Shown one piece after another: positions 48,411 to 60,825 of a stretch of DNA of 64,000 bases (positions within the stretch are counted from its first letter, which is position 1; every line of letters begins with the position of its first letter). The translations under genes were made by a program, and so were the position numbers. The stretch covers positions 23,066,001 through 23,130,000 of the forward strand of contig CM052816.1 of NCBI GenBank assembly GCA_028534125.1, given 5' to 3'. The notes beneath the pieces are model-generated. The model worked only from the letters and a program-made list of their open reading frames with translations. It was not told the DNA's origin and did no database searches. The stretch comes from Lama glama. Lineage: Eukaryota.

Positions 48411-50259
48411 TGAATTGCCAGAAGAAAAGTCACAATCCCAGTCCCCTAAATCTTTGATGAGATTCGAACTCCTACTTTCAACTGAAAAGGCACAGGTACA
48501 ACAGAAATAGACCTTAGCAGAGACGGCTCCTGGCCTGTGTATGGCCCAGCAGCCCAACGGTTTCTAGTACCTGCCACCCATCCTCCACCCTGCCCAACAA
48601 CACAACACTCACACATACAGCTCCTGCTGACGCAGTGCAGCCACCAGCACTGACAGTTGTCTTTCAAACTGCAGCCAAGAAAATACTCAAGGACTAGGGC
48701 CCTGATAGCAAAGCAAAAAGCGTATGTGCAGCCCCTGAGGCTGACAGGCACAGTCACAGTTCACCATGTTTAGACTGGTAATAAGGCAGACACCAACACA
48801 GCATTCTCATGGAACATGGAAACACTTTTTTCAATTAAAAAACTGAAACTTTAAATTGGTAGATACGACAGGCTCTAAATGATTTCTGATGGCTGACTAA
48901 ATGTATTTCAAAAAACATTTCTGGAATCATCAAGAAGAGAAAACATGATGGGGGACAAAACCAAAGGTTAAAATAAGAATCTTTTGCGTTTTCAGGCACA
49001 GATCTAAAAGTTAAAAAAAAAAAGCAAAGAAATGTTTACACTGTGAGCAGCTTCATAGCTCAAGAGTTAGGGTTTACACAGGAAGGAATAAAGACTCTTC
49101 ACATCAATTTGAATTTTAAACACATCAGAATTACTAATAACCCATCTTATATCAGTAATTAAGATTATTTCTAAAGTGATTAAGATTCTGCACATACTAT
49201 TTGCTATACACAGGGGGAGAAAATCGTACCAAACAACTCAATTCTAGACTGTTAAATAATGGCTGTTAAAATAAGGAGACTTGGAGACCGCACACTGCTT
49301 CCAGCTGGGAACTGCACACAGAAAAGAGGCACGAAGTACTGTCACGGATGGACGGGGAGTTATCGGAATCCTCCACGGTACACAAGGGTGCACACTTGAG
49401 TTATGCTAGCCCCTTGCTTCAGGAAGGTAATAATTATTCTCTTTCCTGGACCACCATCACCTTCTCCTACCATCTTCTTCCTAAGCGAGGCAAGGTTGGG
49501 GCGGGGAGGCTGCGGCAGCAGTACCTGCTGGGAATTTCACCTTGTCCAAGGACACACCTCTGTCCCATACAAAATGCACAGTCAGAGTCAAATCAGACCT
49601 GCATCAGTCACTCTGGGATCACACGGCCAGCAGGTACACCGGGCTCTCTTCTCCAGAAGATGCTTCCAGCCCACACAGAAAGTCTGGCTCCCGAAGAAGG
49701 AGCTGAACTATTATCTCATTTCCATCCAGCACAGACTTTCCTGTTGCCCACCTTGTCTGGTCCTGACTGGCACATACGTTCTGAGAGGTGAGGATGGAGA
49801 AACTAAGCTCACAAATTTTTCATCTCAAGTGAATGACAGGACGACATATACACACACAGCATCACTTCTTAGTGTTTTACAAACTCTTAAAGAAAATTTA
49901 AAAAAAAACCCTGACATTTTATATAACTCAAGATCAGCTGAACCGATTCTGTAAAAGAAAATGAAAACATGTATTTTCTGAGTCAGATAACATCAGAAAT
50001 ATTCAAATGATGACTAAGGACAAGTAACACCAAGCAGAGGATTGTAGACTGTTCAGTACTGCTCTGGGCTCCAACCCAAACACAACTAAAAATAGGTCAA
50101 CTTAACTGCTGAATAGAGGGCTGCATTGTGAAAACCGGCTGAAAAATGACTCCTCAATGTCATCTGCTAGTTATTTTCCCACTACATCACACTTCACTAA
50201 TATGCTAATAGTACATGCTGTGACCAGAATAGTGTTGAATTTTATACCAACCCCGAGAG

Positions 50260-50470
50260 GAGCAGCACAAACATTAGATGTGGCCGTTCGTCCTGGCTTT
50301 GAAACTAATGGGTCGCGCTGAAGTCACACCCTTTCTTTTAGCTTCCTCACCTACCCAAAAAGAATTTGGAAAATGGTTGTTGTGCCCACCTTAAAAGCAG
50401 AGATACCAACCAAGGCAGTGGATGAAAACAGCTTCATAAACATTAAAACGCTACAGAGATGTAAGGCATT
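50260..50470 (+). mobile_element. MIR/MIRc SINE, decayed
   Basis: 'aagtcacaccctttctttt agcttcctcacct...gtggatgaaaacagcttcataaacattaaaacgctacagagatgtaagg'. Confidence 0.5.
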
Positions 50471-50890
50471 TGCAAAGGCTACAATCCACATCCCTTGCCT
50501 GAGAAATAAAAGGAGGCTGTAGTTTCCCTTAATAATCAACACTATTCTAACCCTTGGCTCAGCACAGAGGTCATCTCTCCCTATCACCCCACAGTTTTGC
50601 TGGACTGATTATAAGCAACTGTCAATTCTGGTCATTCTGGCCTCACCACTGAAGCGGGCACCCTGGCAGCCACGGTGAGTTTCCTAGAAACCACCCTGAG
50701 GTGAGCAGAACTGTGGAGCACAGCACGTACCTTGGCCCCACCTGAAACTGGCTGTTCTGGAACGGCTACCAACACCCAAGACGACTGTCACCTAGTTCAC
50801 AATCCACGTGTCCTAGCCTCTCAGAGTCAATCTACCCTTCTAGATAACAGATAATTCTAGACAATGCCTCTCTTTCTGCTGGAGCTTTAA

Positions 50891-51062
50891 TTTTTTATTG
50901 AAGTACAGTTTGCAATGTTGTGTTAATTTCTAGTGTACAGCACAGTGATTCAGTTATACACACACACATATATATATATTCCTTTTCATATTCTTTTTCA
51001 TTATACACCATTACAAGGTATTGAATTTAGTTCCCTGTGCCATACAGTAGGACCTTGTTATT
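50891..51062 (-). mobile_element. short 5'-truncated L1 3' end with TSD
   Basis: 'ttttattgaagtacagtttgcaatgttgtgttaatttctagtgtacagcacagtgattcag...ttccctgtgccatacagtaggaccttgtta'; TSD tggagctttaattt (50880-50893) / tggagttttaattt (51063-51076). Confidence 0.92.
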
Positions 51063-51169
51063 TGGAGTTTTAATTTGAATGCAACCCTTGAATCCAGAAT
51101 TCTGCCACTGAGTTAATATATACAAAAGAGTCAGAGTCTAGAATATTGTCATCAAAGAAGAGGAAGCAG

Positions 51170-52165
51170 GACTCCTTTGCTTGACCAGAGAAAAAAGGCT
51201 GGTGTGGTTGGAAAGCAGAGGGCAGGGAGAGCAAGGCTGGACGACAAATGCAGGCAGGGGGAGATCTTGTAGGCTGCAGAAAGGAGCTGGGTTTTTATTT
51301 TCTTTGCTATAGGAAGTAACCGAAGAGTTTAAAGCAGAGGAGTGACAGGTCATGTTTATAATCAGAAAAAATAAATACATCTTCATATTGGAGAAGAGCC
51401 TTGAGGAATTAGCAGGCTTTTGTAATCCCTCCGGTAACAGGTGATGCCAGCCTAGATGAGAGTGTTGAGAGGGGATGTGGAAAGAAGCAGATATTGTGGG
51501 GACCTTTAGGAAGCAACAGCAAAAAGACTTGAGGACGGACTGAACTCAGGGAGTGAGAGAACACGAGAGCTCAGGAATGATGCATGTTTCCATGTGCAAT
51601 TGGCTGGGAGTAGGGCTATTTACTGAGATCAGAAGGTCAAAGGCAGGGGATGGTGCGGAAAGTCATGCATTTAATCGTGGAGGTTTGAGTCTTGAGTCTT
51701 GACTGCAGTGATGCCTTTGAGATCAAACAGTTGATATGGGAAAGAGAACAGAGTAACTGACAATGGAAATCTTCTGAGACCGTGGAAGATACAGGAAAGA
51801 AAGCCCAGATGAAGAGACTGGTATAATACAGCCAGGCCCCCTCCTACGTCACTGGAGGGAAAAGTTGGAAGGATGGCTGCAGATACAGGTAGCTTCCTGA
51901 TTTTGGCTGAGGGAAGCGGAGTTTCCATATGATGACGTTCATTTCCTTCTGAATGCAAGAAACAGGGTGATCTGTAGAAAATGGCATGCCAAATAAGAGA
52001 AGGTTTGAAATAGTTATTGAAAATTTTTTTAAAAGTATGTTGGTCAGAGAAATAAAGTACAGTTGGGGTACAAGTTGACATCAGATTGTGCTTTTATAAG
52101 AAAGTTTGGTTATAAAGGGAGTTATGATATAAAGTGTTAGTGAAATTGTAGACCACGGTATGGAG

Positions 52166-52205
<40 letters not shown>

Positions 52206-52480
52206 CTCCTAGGTAAGAAGGGACAGAAGGCAAGAAAAGAACTAACAGAGGGAAAAGCAAGGAACAGTTGAATGATTATTCTGAAAGAAAAAAAATTGTG
52301 ATCAGAGAAGGAGCTATCTGAGGTAGTGTTTAAAATCAGGAACACAGAGAGATAAGTAAAGCCTGGAGCAGTTTAGTATTTTTAGGCATCAGAGAAAAAT
52401 CCCAGGGCCACGTGCATCTCGTGCAGAGATGCACAGATATTAGATGAGGAGGCAATGACAACTGACTAATGATCCTTAAA
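51170..52480 (-). mobile_element. long decayed L2 segment, with (CA)n at 52168-52200
   Basis: 'aggctggtgtggttgga', 'gctgggtttttattttctttgctataggaagtaaccgaagagtttaaagcagaggagtgacagg', 'ctcaggaatgatgcatgttt', 'gatgcctttgagatcaaacagttgata', 'cagggtgatctgtag'. Confidence 0.7.
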
Positions 52481-53654
52481 AGGGGTAAGTGAGCTAAAAT
52501 GTTATTCTCAAATGAAAGGATTCAACTTGAGAATTTCAGACCATTCTGAGGAATCATTTTCTCTATATTGCTACGGTTTCACATGAAAGTATTATGTGAG
52601 ATAATAGGCCAATGTGAACACATTCGTTATTCTCTCTCAATTCAAGCCCTTTTATCCCTATTACTTACCTCCCCTGCTTTTACTGACTTTATATGTTACA
52701 ATTAGGAAAGTAAGCATTTTGAGCAACTTCAGCAATGTCAGAAGAACTAAATTTAAAGAAGGAAGGAAGGAAGCAATTACACTCTTTGGTGTATTCCATG
52801 CATTAGCTATAATTTCCATTGCCCATTTTCTGAAAACTCATGTCTGTACCATTTATGGTGAAAAGCAAGTCAGACTTGCCGCAATCAACCAAACATTCCA
52901 ATTCAAGTCACTCTGGGAAGAATTTCAACTCACAACATGCTGTGGAAATGTTCTACTGGTTTAAGCTCTATCCACTGGTAGACACAGTATTCAGAACAGC
53001 TTTGAACATAAATTATGATTTGACAACTCAGAACACTAGACCCAAAGTAAAATTATTACAGGGACAATCCTTTCTAAAACAGTCTTCCTTATTCATGCTA
53101 ACATGGGAGGTAGGGTACATAAAAATGTTCCATAAAGATCTGCCAAAGAGACTTCGGGGAAAAGTGAAAACCAGTTTCCTTCTTAAAACCATGAACAGAT
53201 CAATTATTAAAAAATAATAATTAGTATATAAAACAACTGATCTACTAAAACAATGCTGATGCAAAGTTTCACATTTATCCAAATTATCACAGATTTTACA
53301 TTGAGAGTTTTAAAACATTAAAACAAATAAGTCTAACTAAAACCAGAGTTGGAGTTAAATTACCCTTTTTATAATTTCCATTTTCTCATGTATTCAAGTA
53401 AAATGTCCAAATCCTTGCCCATCTCACTACAGTCATCCTTTTAAGATAATAAAAATTTTAAACTGACTTCAGCCATTCCATGAAGATAATCCACCTTTGA
53501 ATTTTTTATTTATTACAAAGTGTACCAAGTAATAAAATCTCAGCATCAATGGCATTTTTTAAAGTATCAGGAAATAAATATTTTGGAGACACATTTTCAT
53601 TTTACTTTTGGTCAAAAACCTTCAAAGACCCTCCAACGATCAGGAAGTCAAGTT

Positions 53655-53770
53655 TCACTCATTCATTCAACCATTTTAGTGAGTATCTGTCCGTTTTATG
53701 CCAAACCCTTACTGTCCTCCTGTGGACGAAGCCAAGCAGAGACAGGCCTGTAAAACCAACCAAGGCAGCG
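53655..53770 (-). mobile_element. L2 3' end
   Basis: 'cactcattcattcaaccattttagtgagtatctgtccgttttatgcca'. Confidence 0.6.
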
Positions 53771-54699
53771 CAACAGCCATGCTGGAAAAGCTCGATGTGA
53801 GCTTTGAGAAAGAAGCTGGACAAACCTCTGTCTGTAGGGTGGCCAGGCTGCACTGATGGGGGTCCCAGGAAAGCCATTTTAACTTCGACAAGTGGTTGTC
53901 TGCCATCATAAAATCAGCTTTCTTCAGAATTCTCAGGACTAGGGATTTCTAAGGTTTGTCTAAACGATATTACCAGCACCAGAAATGCTTAAACATTCAA
54001 TACGACTCTATGGCAATGAAGTAGTCAAAAAAAAAAAAACAAAAAAAAGATACCAGGGAAGTTTTAAGGTGCTATAAAGAAGTTGAAAAAAAACATTTAC
54101 ATCTATTATAATAACAGGAAAAACAGTACCTTGAATTGAACCAAGATGTACATGAAAAGTAAAACTGTGATTGAAGAAAATTTTCAGATTTATTATAGCT
54201 CTCAGCATCTCTCCATACTGGTGACAGAGAAATCTTAATGCAAATAAGTCTAAAAATGCTATCTATGGAAACCACTTATATTCATAATCTTGCCTCTTTG
54301 AGCTGCACATTCAAACTGAATAACAATGAGCTCAACTATTCCAGATCATAAATATATGTTTATTGTTACTTTTCTCTATTTAACCAGATTGAAACTGACA
54401 CATCTCACATTCTTTTACATGCAAATTAGGAGTTTCTTTGCTCTACTGAGTTATAATAAACATGAATGTGAAAAAATAGAGAAGAGAGTAATTGTGCTCA
54501 AATTGTTTATTCATAACATTCATATTTCAAGATGCAAACCATAAGTCAAAATATAAACTATAATCCCAGAGATAAAGTTAGGATATATGAAGGAAAAGCC
54601 TCAAAAAAGCAGCAACACTATGGATAGATGCAGAATGTTTCTTGTTTAGAAGCAAGAACAAACCACAATTGGAAAATGATGAGACTAGAATAGTTCCAA

Positions 54700-54985
54700 C
54701 CATCTAACCAATATTATTTACATTTCTACCATGCAAAAATATCTAAGAAATATACAAAGATAATTAAAATTAAAATCCTGTTCGCAAGACGACTGACATC
54801 TAACACTATAATACTAGGACACAAGCCGAACTATGAAGCAAAATATGGTAAGTCTCACGAGAGAGAGGAATAAAGATGTGTGTATGTAAATGGACTAAAG
54901 AGACCACATTTAGTTGGAGTTTATCCAGAAAGACTTCATTATAAGGGGCAAGATTCAAGTTGACCTTTGAATGATGGATAGGACT
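54700..54985 (-). mobile_element. L2 3' region, decayed
   Basis: 'atcctgttcgcaagacgactgacatctaa', 'ccagaaagacttcattataaggggcaagattcaagttgacctttgaatgatggataggactt'. Confidence 0.5.
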
Positions 54986-55839
54986 TTGTTATGTTTGGCT
55001 AACAAACTAGGATAGTAAGTCATTTATTTAGGCTAGTATGGAAATATCAAGTTCTTTCTTTTATTCTTTCAGAGATTAATCTTTATATGTCTTTTTTTGC
55101 CATTCAAAAATAATCTCTCTCTAGAAGACATTACTTCTCTATTTCCTTTAAAAGAAGGCATTGAAAACAGTTTAACTTGGAGATTGTATGACTTAACATT
55201 CAAACTGTATGGCTCCATCTTCTATTTACTTTCGATCTCCAGCAGAGCACTTACTTCTAACTATACCTTTTTTCTTTCTCTTTCTTTTTTTTTTTTTAAT
55301 TCTTTTTTCCTATCGGTAAAGATCTAAGAAAGCAGCCTCACTAGGAAAATAGGGCAACATAAAACTCAATGATGTCCTATATGAACGATAAGAAATAAAG
55401 TTGATGATTTTTCTGTCAGGTTTTCATGACATACTTGGAAATCACAGTACCTTTTTTTGGTTTATTTTCAACTTTGATCTGCAGGTTAAAAATAACTGAT
55501 TCTTAATTTGTTAATAAGTCGGATTTCTCTGAAGGTAGAACCTGCAATAAAGTGAAATTTAATGGATAACAAAAATGGTTTGACAAAAGCGCTTAAGTTA
55601 CAAAAAAGTCACAGTAACCTGCGGACAGCTCTCTAATGCAGGTGTGGAGGCACCCACTTGAGGACCGCCTGCCTGCGTGCTCACTCTGGGCAAGAGTTCT
55701 CAGTCAGCTCCTCTCTCTCAGACACACAGTGGTCCCCAGGCAGACGTCCTACTCCAAAGAGAGGCCCAGCAGGAAACAGCCCTAGTTCTACAACGTTAGA
55801 AGAAATCCACACTGCCTGATTAGAATAATCAACCAAAGC

Positions 55840-56340
55840 GTTCACTCAAATACGGACAGACAACCAAGAGACATCAGATTTCCAAGGAAACTCAACAACA
55901 TAAGCAAGAAAGAACAGAAAAAAGTGCTACTTCAAGCTATAGGAGAAAAACACAAAACTTAAAACACTCAAATACTCAAGGATATCATACTCACGAAAAG
56001 AACTGGATGCTCTGAGGAGAAGCAACCTGAGAACATTAAAAAGCACTTAAAAAGTTACAAGACTGTCAAGTTAAAGACCAACAGAAGGTCTGGAAGATAA
56101 ATTTGAATATACTGCCCAAGATGAAAATCTGAGACAGAGGAAAACAGAAAGGTAAAATGGAGAATCAATTCAACAGGTAAAAGATCTGACTAATGAGCAT
56201 TAATTTCAGGAAAAAGTAGGGGGAAAATGGAGTGGAGGAATATATCAAAGAAACAACAGTGGTGAAAAAAATCCCAAATCTGAAGGGCACAAGTATTTAT
56301 ATTGAAATGAATAGGAACCTAGACACGCAGATACATTATA
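55840..56340 (+). mobile_element. HAL1 / ancient L1 ORF1-like fragment
   Basis: A-rich 'gatatcatactcacgaaaagaactggatgct...acagaaggtctggaagataaatttga...tggagaatcaattcaacagg...gaaaatggagtggaggaatatatcaaagaaacaa...atcccaaatctgaagggcacaagt...tattgaaa'. Confidence 0.6.
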
Positions 56341-57861
56341 ACTGTGTCCTGCCACGCAGGTTTGGTTCATTTATATCCACGTTTAATCTTTCATTAGAGC
56401 CAAATAGGACCCTTCTCACTGAAAGGGTAGCAAGAGGGAGTCAGATTTAATATAGACTTAATACGTTAGCACCAAAATGAAGGTTAAAAACAGTAACAAT
56501 GTGCCCTATGAGAAGGGTTTTGTAGCAGTTCAGAGAGAAGGATGACTAACTGTTTAGCCCTTATATGCTGAAGATCATACAAAATCACTAGATTTAGTAA
56601 AAGAAATTGATGAGATTAAAATATTCTCAGATCACCTGCATGTATGTGTACTGGTTTAACCCTTCTTGAATGAAGGTATACTATAAAATACTATTCTCAA
56701 AACTGTCCATGGTATTCTAATATATCTGAGTATTAGTTAAAGCAGTAGAGATTTCCCCGCTCTTATTTGTACCCTTCCAACTGTCTCTCAAAAACAGTCA
56801 TCACATTAACAACCTTAAATGTAATTTCACACACTAATATAGCACATGTGAGTTTATAGGACATTGGAGAAAAACCTGAGAAATAATATTAGCTCTCAAA
56901 ATGTGGAAAAGGAGTAATAAAAAACCAAAATATTACATTCATTCTCAAGCTGCCTTTTCTACCCGATCAAGTTTATTTATACAGATATGTATTGCTTTAT
57001 TATAATGACTCATATTGATACCAATTATTAAATAATCAAAAGCAACTTACACTAAGATATTTAGGTGCTTAATGTAATCCATACTTAATATCAAGAAGAA
57101 ATTTTCATATATTTTGCTTAAATATACTTTTAAAATTAAAAGTGCAGAAAATACAGATTAATGCAAAATTATCTATGAATACTTAGACAATTTCAACATA
57201 GATAAAAAGTTCACATAAATGTATAACTGTTTGGATTGTTAGGTTTAAAACAAATGCTTTTTCACTTTAAATCCTGTAATTTTATATTTGATCATGACCT
57301 AACTTTGGATAATAATTTCCTCATCTGGAGAAATCCCTTCTGGGAATACACTTACTTCCAAAATGAATCTTTAGGAATCAGCTATAAAATGAGAAACAAA
57401 AATTTCTAGAAATGTTTATTTTTTTCCCCAAAGCAAACAAAAAAATTACTTCATCCATTTTACTTTATACCAGCAGTCATACTTCAAGACAGACACAGTT
57501 AAAGGCAAAAGCAGCAGCTGGTGAGTAACACAGGGATCCTCACAGAGGTGCAGACTCAGCCCAGCACTCCCACTGGACCTCCCCGCGTCAAGGTGTGCTG
57601 CTCGGGTGCTATTTGAGTTACTGCCGAGTGTGGGAAGACTGTTAAAAATAAGTTCTGTGGCTGCACTAATGTTTTTATAGTTTCACTTCTCTCAAAGTCT
57701 TGTTCTTTTTCTCTCAGAGAAAGTCAGAGCCTCTCATATCCACAGGATTCAAAAAAAGAAAAAGCGCCAGCCAGCTGAAGACTTTTAAAGAAAACTTACT
57801 GGCAAAGTATGGAAGTTGAGCCTCAATACTAGCACCGTTGTTCCTTAATAAGCAGAGAAAC

Positions 57862-58065
57862 TAAATGGTGCTGCTATGAACACTGGGGTGCATGTATCTT
57901 TTCGAAGTAGAGTTCCCTCCAGATATATGCCCAGGAGTGGGACTGCTGGATCACAAGGTAAGTCAGTTTTTTAAGGAATCTCCATACTGCTTTCTGTAAC
58001 AGTTGCACCAAACTTTATTTTCACCAACAGTGTAGGAGGGTTCCCTTTTCTTCACACCCTCTCCA
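57862..58065 (-). mobile_element. inverted 5' segment of a twin-primed L1 insertion
   Basis: 'gtgctgctatgaacactggggtgcatgtatctttt...gatatatgcccaggagtgggactgctggatca...caccaacagtgtaggagggttcccttttcttcacaccctctcca' is antisense L1 ORF2 3' sequence. Confidence 0.92.
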
Positions 58066-58580
58066 TCAATAGCCAAGACTTGGAAGCAACCTAAATGTCC
58101 TAAACAGATGACTGGATAAAGAAGTTGTGGCATATATATGTAATAGAATACTACTCAGCCCTAAAAAAGAATAAAATAATGCCATCTGCAGCAGCATGGA
58201 TGGACCATTATACTAAGTAAAGTAAGCCAGAAAGCTTAAAAAATACTATATGATATCACTTAGGTGTAGAATCTAACAACAAAAGGACACAAATGAACTT
58301 TACAAAACAGAGACAGACTTTCAGATATAGAAAACAAGCTTATGGTTACTGGGAGGAAGGGGGTGGGAAGGCATAAACTGAGAGTTTGAGATTTGTAGAT
58401 ATTAACTGCTATATACAAAATAGATAAACAATAAGATCCTACTGAATAGCACAGGGAACTACATTCAATACGTCGTAATGGCCTATATAAAAGGAATATA
58501 TATATATATAAACGAATCATTATGCTGTACACCAGAAATTAACACAACATTGTAAATCAACTCTACTTCAATAAAAAAAG
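58066..58580 (+). mobile_element. sense 3' segment of the same L1 insertion
   Basis: 'caatagccaagacttggaagcaacctaaatgtcc...gtacaccagaaattaacacaacattgtaaatcaactctacttcaataaaaaaa'. Confidence 0.93.
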
Positions 58581-58612
58581 AAGTGAAACTAAATTTTAAA
58601 AAAACCACCAGC

Positions 58613-58762
58613 TAGCTCACAGTGAAAAAGTATGCAACAATGAATACATATATGTTGATGTATAACTGAAAAATTGTGTTCTACACTGGAAATTGACACA
58701 ACATTGTACACTGACTGTAACTCAATAAAAGAAAATTTAAAAAATAAAAAATAAAAATAAAA
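58613..58762 (+). mobile_element. separate short L1 3' tip (different subfamily tail) with A-rich tail
   Basis: 'tagctcacagtgaaaaagtatgcaacaatgaatacatatatg...ctacactggaaattgacacaacattgtacactgactgtaactcaataaaa'; TSD-like aaaaaccaccagc / aaaacccacaagc. Confidence 0.88.
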
Positions 58763-60825
58763 ACCCACAAGCATTTTGACATGCCCTGCCATCTTCAAGG
58801 CATTTTGTTGCATACTATGAGAAATTCTCCATTTTTATCTACCTTTCTCTTCTTCTGTATTGTCCAAAAAAATAAAAATCCACAAGTCTCTTCCCTTTCC
58901 TCTTTTTTACATCCTTAACATTTGGCAGAGTTTCTCAAATTTTCCCAAACACGAGTACCCTTAAAGGCAGAGGAAATGGGATACATGCCTTCAGGGACTC
59001 ATGGTATAAGCTCAATGCTTTAAGAGAATTTCTTCTATTTTATGTTAAAGTTAAAAAATTTCTACGAATTAGGCATTTGCTTTTATTCCTTAATATAACC
59101 TTATTTCTTTCATTATAACTTTCTGTCCTCCAAACTTGAAGCAATGTTGATACTTCAGAAAGCTGTGCCAGATTTCTCCTGTGGCTTTCCTCAGGGTGCC
59201 CAGGCCAATTTGAAAAGAACAGACCAGTGATTTTTGTTTTCTGTTTTCTCCCAGTAGGCACATGTGCCTTGTTCCACATTCCTTGTGGCCTACAGAGTCT
59301 CTGAACTTTCAAAGTACTCTGAAAGTACCACCCGTCTTTACTTACTAAACTCAGGGCAGTAGCTCACAGAAGGCTTCAGAATGATTCAGGGACTCTGAAT
59401 AGCAGAGAAGTCAGATATTTAAACAGACATCTGTTTTTACTGAAGCACAATGGATCCAACTTGTGGCCTCATTTCACGTTAATTTCCAGTGCAGTCAATT
59501 TGGGAAGACAAATTTAAATAAATAAAAAGAAGCTAACAGATGTCCTACCATAGAATGTTAGTGTACTAAAATGATCATTTGACATGAACATTTTATAAGA
59601 AAATGAAAAAAGTAATTCTTTCTGTGCCATTTATTTTTTAACCAAAAAGCCACTGTTTACTCTAAAACATGAACACATATTGTGAAGGATACAGAGAAAG
59701 GAGACTTTTACTTAGCTCCCTTACCTGTTAGTAATATTACTTTACAAGAAGCATGCATTACTTTTGTAATCAAAAAGAAAGAAAAACCATAGACCTTGCA
59801 ATTTTCATCTATAAGCAGGGTAAATTTATTTTTGTCTAGTACTTTCACAAATGAATTGATCTGAAAAATCAGATCAAATAGTCACAAATATATGTTCTAG
59901 TCAACAGTTGAAAATACAAAATCCATTTCATTGTTCCAAATGAGTGACCTGAAGGCCCTTTACCACAGGCGATTTATAAGGTCATCTTCACACAGCTTAT
60001 AATTCTATTTAAACTATCTAAAATGCAGCTGCTCCTTGTTATTTTTACTTTACCAGTCTAGAACGATTAGTCTTCTCTCCCACCCCACCGCCACCAGCAA
60101 ACTACAGTGGATATTCAGATGGGTCACTTATCATAGTCCAAGAAAGGAGACCTGCAAGTTAGAGGTTCTGACTCCTCCTTGGATTAATTTCAGCAAGCCC
60201 TCTTCCCTGCACCAGAGGACGGGACGCTGCAGACTTGGGTTGGAACACAGAGGAAAATGGCAGTTCTTTGACTATCACTTTCTAACCAGAAACTCTAAGT
60301 TTGGTAAGAATCCTTGAAGAACTATTATTAAAAAAAAAAAAGAAGAAGTAGCACTGAATACCAGAAAGCTATTCATAGAAAGCAACATTACTACAGCGCT
60401 CATACATGTGTGTTCATCAGCTCTGTGCAACTTGCCTAGCACTCATCAAATTTCCTGAGATTTCTAGTTCATGTCTTCCAAAGTTTATAATGTTTAATAG
60501 TTAACCCCTAAAACCTTATATGCTCATTATTCCAGTGTTCTATGTTCTATGTGCATGATCTATGTCTCCTTAATAACATATATATGTTATGCAATTTAAT
60601 TGTTATGCAATTTATTCTGCACAAATTTACTGAAAACATCTACTCTCTAGAGCTCTGAATAAGACCTGGTCCTTATCTTCAAAGCACTTGAAGTACCCTA
60701 ATTAATCCTTCACATTTTATGTACGAAACGCTTTTAAAGGAAAAAATATTCTGAAGGATCATGATTATTGATTTTCACTGTTATTACTATAGTATTTAAA
60801 TACGTACAAACATATCACTAAGGAT

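Noticed and set aside
49348..49954. overlapping 147-aa and 183-aa ORFs
   Set aside because: No recognisable homology or convincing splice signals; expected by chance in a locally GC-richer patch.
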